Of a DNA stretch of 64,000 bases, positions 58,469-64,000 are shown in pieces. The number at the start of each line of letters is the position of its first letter. Position 1 is the stretch's first letter. The DNA lies in the NCBI GenBank assembly GCA_049320885.1, contig JBMORA010000048.1, positions 1-64,000 of the forward strand. Direction: 5' to 3'. The stretch comes from Thermodesulfobacteriota bacterium. GTDB taxonomy: Bacteria; Desulfobacterota; Desulfobacteria; Desulfobacterales; SURF-7. The notes beneath the pieces are model-generated. The model ran no database searches. It was not told the DNA's origin and saw only the letters and a list, made by a program, of their open reading frames with translations. The translations under genes and the position numbers were made by a program.

Positions 58469-61129
58469 ATGAACAGAATCCGACAACTATTACATTCGAA
58501 AAAACGGTTGGTTGACGGCCTTGAGTTCCCGGACATCACCAAAGCCTCGGAAGAAGGCGGCTGCGGTGTTGTCGGCTTTTGCTGCACCAAGCCGGTTCCC
58601 GGACGTCATATCTATGAACCGTCGAGATTGATGCACAATCGCGGCAACGGCAAGGGCGGAGGGATCGCCGCGGTGGGACTCGTTCCGGAACAACTCGGCG
58701 TCGACCGCCGCGTTCTGGATGATTGTTATATGATCCATGTCGCCTTTTTGGATGCCGGCGTGCGCCCCGAATTGGAAAAAAAGTATCTTACACCGTACTT
58801 TGATGTGGAAACATCCCGCAAACTCGACACGGTGGATGACTGGACGGCCATCGCCGGACTGGAAGTGCGACCGCCGGATGTCTGGCGCTATTTTACCCGC
58901 GTCAAGCCGCCGGTTCTGGACGCCTTCATCCAGGAAAACCGGCTTGAAACCATCTCCCGGCGCGAAGCCGAGGAAGAATTCGTCAGTCAAAACAGTTTCA
59001 AGCTGAATCAGGAATATTACGCCTCGCTGAAGAATCAAAAAGCCTTCGTGCTGTCCCACGGCCGGGATATCATGATCCTGAAGGTGGTCGGCTATGCCGA
59101 GGCCATCGTCAAATATTATAAAATCGAGGAACTCGCCGCGCATGCCTGGATCGCGCACCAGCGTTTTCCCACCAAGGGCCGCGTATGGCACCCGGGTGGC
59201 GCCCATCCGTTTACGGCCATGAATATGGCCCTGGTCCATAACGGCGACTTTGCCAATTACCACTCCGTCACCGAATACCTGCTCCAGCGTCATATCTATC
59301 CGCAGTTCATCACGGATACCGAAGTGTCGGCCCTGATGTTCGATCTGCTCAACCGCACCTATAAATATCCGCTTGAATACATCATCGAGGCCCTGGCGCC
59401 CACCACCGAATTGGATTTCGACCACCTGCCCCTTGAAAAGCAGCGGGTATACCGGGCGATCCAGGCCACCCATATCCACGGATCGCCCGATGGGCCCTGG
59501 TTTTTCATCATCACCCGCAATCTTCCCGAAGAGAAAAAATTCCAACTGATCGGCATCACCGACACGTCCATGTTGCGGCCCCAGGTATTCGCCTTTTGCG
59601 ACGGCGACGTGCAGGTCGGGCTGATCGCCTCGGAAAAGCAGGCCATCGACGCCACCCTGCTCAGTCTGGCCCGGGATGACAGACGCATCTGCCCGGTTGC
59701 CGACCGGTATTGGAACGCCCGCGGCGGCAGCCACACGGACGGCGGCACCTTCATGTTCAATCTGGAGCCGGATGCCTCCGGCCAGATCCGGATGACCTGC
59801 ACGGATAAGTTCGGGAGCCCGGTGCTGCTGCCGAAACCGTCGGCGCCCTTTGACTTTACGAGAGAGGATGTTTTCGAGCCGGATGCGGCGATTGCCGACG
59901 AGATCAAGCGCGGCTTTGATACGGGTTCGGCGGAAACCGTCTTCGCTTATGTCCGCGACCATATGGCCGCCTGGCGTTTCGAGGATGTCAAGGCCGTATG
60001 CCGGGCCATCCGCAGACAGGCCATGGATCGCAACCATACGGCGACCGCCATCCAGGCCCTGACCCTGCTCAACGATCGGCGCTATCCCACCGGCCCCAAG
60101 AAACGGAGCCATCTCCTGCATATGATCCGCACGGAGCTGAATCGATTGTTTGACGACCTGCCGGCCATTGCGAAGAACGACAGGGATGGCGGCGCCTATC
60201 GTCGGATCGATTATCAAACCCGCCATGCCCTGCGGCCGCCCATGGGTGACGAGACCACCCTCGTCATCCATGCGGACGTCTTCCCCGCCGAAGGCGCCGA
60301 GTGTGACGCGGCGCTGCTGGTGGATGCCTATAACAAAGGCTGGCGGAGATTTATCAGCTACAATTGTTCCGGACAGCGCTATGTCGGTTGCGGACTGGGA
60401 CCGGAAACGGACGGCGTCGTCATCGACGTATACGGCAGTTCGGGCGATTATCTGGGCTCCGGCATCGACGGTTTGACCATCACGGTGCACGACAACGCCC
60501 AGGACCAGCTGGGGCAGATCATCAAGCGCGGTAAACTGGTGGTGTACGGCGATGTTGGCCAGACCTTCCTCTACGGCGCCAAGGGCGGTGAAGTGTATGT
60601 CATGGGGAACGCGGCGGGCCGACCGCTGATCAATTCCGTGGGCCGGCCCCGGGTGGTGATCAACGGCACCTCCCTCGATTTTCTGGCCGAATCCTTCATG
60701 GCCGGCGATCCGCATCAAAACGGCGGCTTTGTGGTGTTGAACGGCATCCGGTTCGATGACGACGGCCGCATTGTTCCCCTGGACGAACCCTATCCCGGCA
60801 GCAATCTGTTCTCCCTGGCTTCCGGCGGCGCGATCTATATCCGCGATCCCCGGCAGGTATCCGTTGCCGGTCAATTGAACGGCGGCGTATTCCTGCCGTT
60901 GACCGAAAAGGATTGGGAATTGATCTTGCCCTATCTGGAAGAGAATGAACGTTTGTTCGGTATCCGGATTACGGACCTGCTGACCGTGGACGGAAAATTG
61001 TCCGCCCCGGAAAACGTGTACCGGAAGGTCGTGCCCGTTGCGGTGGCCGCGAAAATGCCCCGGCAACCGCAACCGCCGGTGAGGGCGGAGGAAACCGAAC
61101 AGGAAACCGTGGGTGATCTTTCAAATTAG
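58469..61129 (+). CDS. Glutamate synthase-related protein: class II glutamine amidotransferase + GXGXG domains, no FMN domain
   Basis: Short propeptide then CGVVG (Ntn Cys); HNRG, AHQRFPT, AHPF, HNGD, TDTE; C-terminal GQRYVG, GSSGDYLGSG, GDVGQTFLYGAKGG beta-helix repeats. Confidence 0.85.
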   Translation: MNRIRQLLHSKKRLVDGLEFPDITKASEEGGCGVVGFCCTKPVPGRHIYEPSRLMHNRGNGKGGGIAAVGLVPEQLGVDRRVLDDCYMIHVAFLDAGVRPELEKKYLTPYFDVETSRKLDTVDDWTAIAGLEVRPPDVWRYFTRVKPPVLDAFIQENRLETISRREAEEEFVSQNSFKLNQEYYASLKNQKAFVLSHGRDIMILKVVGYAEAIVKYYKIEELAAHAWIAHQRFPTKGRVWHPGGAHPFTAMNMALVHNGDFANYHSVTEYLLQRHIYPQFITDTEVSALMFDLLNRTYKYPLEYIIEALAPTTELDFDHLPLEKQRVYRAIQATHIHGSPDGPWFFIITRNLPEEKKFQLIGITDTSMLRPQVFAFCDGDVQVGLIASEKQAIDATLLSLARDDRRICPVADRYWNARGGSHTDGGTFMFNLEPDASGQIRMTCTDKFGSPVLLPKPSAPFDFTREDVFEPDAAIADEIKRGFDTGSAETVFAYVRDHMAAWRFEDVKAVCRAIRRQAMDRNHTATAIQALTLLNDRRYPTGPKKRSHLLHMIRTELNRLFDDLPAIAKNDRDGGAYRRIDYQTRHALRPPMGDETTLVIHADVFPAEGAECDAALLVDAYNKGWRRFISYNCSGQRYVGCGLGPETDGVVIDVYGSSGDYLGSGIDGLTITVHDNAQDQLGQIIKRGKLVVYGDVGQTFLYGAKGGEVYVMGNAAGRPLINSVGRPRVVINGTSLDFLAESFMAGDPHQNGGFVVLNGIRFDDDGRIVPLDEPYPGSNLFSLASGGAIYIRDPRQVSVAGQLNGGVFLPLTEKDWELILPYLEENERLFGIRITDLLTVDGKLSAPENVYRKVVPVAVAAKMPRQPQPPVRAEETEQETVGDLSN

Positions 61130-61156
61130 CATGGGTCAAACACGCATAGGATTGAT

Positions 61157-61726
61157 ATGACCATCAGAATCAAAAGAGGCCGATCCGCTCCGTCCCTGAC
61201 AGATTCGGTCCGGGAGATCTCGGGCGTGGATCTCGGGGCCTGCTACCAGTGCCGGAAATGCTCCTGCGGTTGCACCGTAACCGGGCATGCCCAATCCCCC
61301 CCTGCTGAAATCATCAGACGTCTGCAACTGGGCGCAGGGCATGAACTGCTCCGTAACGATCTGATCTGGACCTGCGTTTCCTGCGAAACCTGTTCTGCCC
61401 GCTGTCCCATGGGGGTCGACCTGGTGGCCGTCATGGACGCCCTGCGCGCCCTGGCCGTCGCGCAGCAAGCACCCGTCCCGGAAGGCAACGTCCCGCTGTT
61501 CAACAAGGCGTTTCTCAAGACGGTGGCCCTCTTCGGCCGGACATACGATCTGGGTCTGATGGCGGCTTATAAGATCGGCACCGCCTCCTATGGCCGGGAT
61601 GCGGATAAAATCCCCCTGCTGCTCCGGAAAAAAAAAATTGCGCTGCTGCCGTCGCTGAGCCCCGGACGCCGGGCGGTAAAAAGAATTTTTCAACAAACCG
61701 GACAAAACAAGGGAAATATCAAATGA
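61157..61726 (+). CDS. hdrC: Heterodisulfide reductase subunit C
   Basis: CYQCRKCSCGC and CVSCETCSARCP ferredoxin motifs; IIRRLQLG. Confidence 0.9.
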   Translation: MTIRIKRGRSAPSLTDSVREISGVDLGACYQCRKCSCGCTVTGHAQSPPAEIIRRLQLGAGHELLRNDLIWTCVSCETCSARCPMGVDLVAVMDALRALAVAQQAPVPEGNVPLFNKAFLKTVALFGRTYDLGLMAAYKIGTASYGRDADKIPLLLRKKKIALLPSLSPGRRAVKRIFQQTGQNKGNIK

Positions 61727-62601
61727 GATATGCCTATTATCCCGGATGTTCAGCGGAATCCTCGGCCCGGGACCTGCACGCTTCCAGTCTGGCCGTAACC
61801 CGCAAGCTGGGCATCGAGCTGAAGGAGATCCCGGGCTGGTCCTGCTGCGGCGCCACACCCGCCCACCAGACCGATCGCATCCTGGCGGCATCCCTGCCGG
61901 CCGCCAATCTGGCCAAGGCCCGGGACATGGGCCTGGACATCGTGGTGAACTGCGCCGCCTGTTACAACCGGTTGAAAATGGCCAATCACGAAATCCGGAA
62001 CCATTCGGACATGCGGAAAAAAGTGGGGAAGGCCCTGGGCCGGGATTACGACGGTTCGGTCAAGGTCCGGCACCTGATGGAAGTGCTCCTCGAGGATGTC
62101 GGCCTGCCGGAACTTGCGGGAGCGCTGCCCCATTCCCTGGGCGGGCTGAAAGTCGCCTCGTATTACGGCTGCCTGCTGGTTCGTCCCCATGAAGTCACCC
62201 GTTTCGACGATCCTGAAAATCCCCAGGCAATGGACCGGCTGGTAACGGCCATGGGCGGAGAAAGCCTGGACTGGCCTGCCAAGGTCGACTGCTGCGGCAA
62301 CAGTCTGTCGCTGACGACCCAATCGAATCTGGTGGTGGATTTTTCCGACAAGATCATCCAGATGGCCAAGGCCGCGGGAGCCGAATGTATCGCCACCGCC
62401 TGTCCCCTGTGCCAGGTCAACCTGGACCTCCGGCAGAGCGACATCCAAAAGCAAACCGGGCGGAAATACAACCTGCCTGTTTTTTACATCACCCAACTGC
62501 TGGGGTTATGCCTGGGTCTTTCCCGGGCGGAACTCGGTCTGAACAAGCTGGTGGTTTCTTCATCACGGATTGAAAAAGCCGTGCAAGCGGCTGCGGTATA
62601 A
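61723..62601 (+). CDS. hdrB: Heterodisulfide reductase subunit B
   Basis: YYPGC, CCG, CAACY, YYGC, CCG, CPLCQ.NLD: two CCG domains. Confidence 0.93.
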   Translation: MRYAYYPGCSAESSARDLHASSLAVTRKLGIELKEIPGWSCCGATPAHQTDRILAASLPAANLAKARDMGLDIVVNCAACYNRLKMANHEIRNHSDMRKKVGKALGRDYDGSVKVRHLMEVLLEDVGLPELAGALPHSLGGLKVASYYGCLLVRPHEVTRFDDPENPQAMDRLVTAMGGESLDWPAKVDCCGNSLSLTTQSNLVVDFSDKIIQMAKAAGAECIATACPLCQVNLDLRQSDIQKQTGRKYNLPVFYITQLLGLCLGLSRAELGLNKLVVSSSRIEKAVQAAAV

Positions 62602-62622
62602 ATGGTAAGGGGCGTTGACATT

Positions 62623-64000
62623 ATGGCAAATACGGAAATGAAGAAAACCGGCGCGGTGCTGGTGCAGGGCGGCGGAATCGCGGGGGTTCAGGCCTCCCTC
62701 GATCTCGCCAATTCCGGTTTCAAGGTGTATCTCATCGAACGTTCCGCCGCCATCGGCGGCATGATGTCCCATCTGGACAAGACCTTTCCCACCGGAGATT
62801 GCGCCACGTGTATTGTTTCCCCCAAGCTGGTGGAATGCGCCCGGAATTTGAACATCGAAATCCTGACCCACGCGGAACTGGTCGGCATCGAGGGCGAGCC
62901 CGGTCATTTCACCGCCGCCGTGAGGCAGTCTCCGCGGTATGTCCGTGAAACCATCTGCAATGACTGCGGCGACTGCTATTCCGTCTGCCCGGTGGATATC
63001 CGGGACCGGTTCAATCGGGACCTGGGAACACGCAAGGCCATCGCCAAATACTCCCCCCAGGCCGTGCCGAATATAGCCGGAATTCTCAAGCTGGGCCATG
63101 CGCCCTGTAAAACCGGATGCCCCGCCAATATCAACGTGCAGGGCTATGTCCAGCTGATCAAGAAAAAGGAATACGTCAAGGCCGTCAACCTGATCCGGGA
63201 AAGAAACCCCCTGTCCGCCATCTGCGGCCGGGTCTGCACCCATCCCTGCGAAAGCGCCTGCCGCCGCGGCAAGGTGGATGCGCCGGTGGCCATCCGGCAG
63301 TTGAAACGGTTTGCCTCGGACAAGGAAATGGAACTGCTGGCCGAAGGCAAGATCTCCCTGCCGCCGGAACAATTTCCGGCAGCGGACGCCCCGAAAATCG
63401 CGGTGATCGGCGCCGGCCCTTCCGGCCTCACGGCCGCCCAGGATCTGGCCGATCGCGGCTACGCCGTAACCATCTATGAATCATCGCCTGCGGCCGGCGG
63501 GATGCTGCGCTGGGGCATCCCGGCCTATCGGCTTCCGGTGAACGTGCTGGATCATGAGGTCGAACTGATCCGGCGCAAAGGCGTCGCCTTTGTTTACAAC
63601 TGCAAGATCGGGAAGGACATCACTTTTGATCAACTTCGCCGCGACCATGCCGCGGTCTTTGTCGGCGTCGGCGCCCAGAAAGGCGCCCCCATGAATGTCA
63701 AGGGCGAAGACCTGGACGGAGTTGTCCAGGGGTTGGATTTCCTGCACCGGTCCGGAACGGAAGCCGACAAGCCGGCGCTTACGGGTCATGTGGTCGTTGT
63801 CGGCGGCGGGGATGTGGCCATGGATGCCGCCTGTTCCGCCAGACGGCTCGGCGCCCGAACCGTCAGCATCCTCTACCGCCGGACGGAAACGGAATTGCCG
63901 GCCATTCAGGAAGAAATCAACCATGCCCGGGAAGAAGGCGTTCGGTTTGAATTCCTCACGACGCCGGTGGAATTCATCGGCGATGGCCAGGGCCGGCTGC
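62623..64000 (+). CDS. hdrA: HdrA-like flavoprotein with inserted GltD-like NAD(P)H oxidoreductase module (HdrL type), 3'-truncated by window edge
   Basis: Not in the ORF track because it has no stop in the window. Translates VLVQGGGIAGVQASLDLA...LDKTFPTGDCATC, CNDCGDC...CP, then PCKTGCP...CGRVCTHPCESAC, IAVIGAGPSG, GGMLRWGIPAYRLP, VVGGGDVAMD, YRR. Confidence 0.9.
   Translation, partial: MANTEMKKTGAVLVQGGGIAGVQASLDLANSGFKVYLIERSAAIGGMMSHLDKTFPTGDCATCIVSPKLVECARNLNIEILTHAELVGIEGEPGHFTAAVRQSPRYVRETICNDCGDCYSVCPVDIRDRFNRDLGTRKAIAKYSPQAVPNIAGILKLGHAPCKTGCPANINVQGYVQLIKKKEYVKAVNLIRERNPLSAICGRVCTHPCESACRRGKVDAPVAIRQLKRFASDKEMELLAEGKISLPPEQFPAADAPKIAVIGAGPSGLTAAQDLADRGYAVTIYESSPAAGGMLRWGIPAYRLPVNVLDHEVELIRRKGVAFVYNCKIGKDITFDQLRRDHAAVFVGVGAQKGAPMNVKGEDLDGVVQGLDFLHRSGTEADKPALTGHVVVVGGGDVAMDAACSARRLGARTVSILYRRTETELPAIQEEINHAREEGVRFEFLTTPVEFIGDGQGRL

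Noticed and set aside
62790..62815. Possible selenocysteine in the HdrA N-terminal DCxxC motif
   Set aside because: Codons are TGC and TGT (GDCATC); no in-frame TGA in the visible part.
1..64000. CRISPR arrays, IS elements, integrases, tRNA/rRNA
   Set aside because: No repeat-spacer periodicity, transposase or integrase motifs, or structural RNA signatures were seen.

Overview
GC-rich bacterial chromosomal window, most likely Desulfobacterota (Desulfobacterales-like; inferred from Hdr genes, stand-alone cNMP proteins, a PEP-CTERM protein and the PilZ-like ORF). It is about 50 CDS, mostly metabolic and regulatory. Left to right: a TPR protein and a membrane-anchored protein ending in a RelE/HigB-like domain; a lipid/polyol catabolic block (alpha/beta hydrolase, IclR, two FGGY kinases, saccharopine-dehydrogenase-like enzyme, TetR, GlpD-like flavoprotein, FadR, with visible operators); an exported DUF4384 + caspase-lipoprotein pair; rmuC; an orphan solute-binding protein + MCP pair; a PEP-CTERM protein; a DUF3592/arrestin-like/ATPase/OsmC operon; glgP; 5'-nucleotidase-dus; a hybrid histidine kinase; ompA-like; a complete E. 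coli-type nuoA-N operon with a CBS gene inserted between nuoA and nuoB; a thiolase-like gene; and a glutamate-synthase-like (GATase+GXGXG) gene in an operon with hdrC, hdrB and a GltD-containing hdrA (HdrL-type) that runs off the window. I saw no rRNA, tRNA, CRISPR array, transposase or prophage. The best novelty candidates are the receptor-like RelE-domain protein, the Glt-HdrCBL operon, the DUF3592 module and the exported caspase pair. All family calls come from reading motifs by eye, not from database searches.
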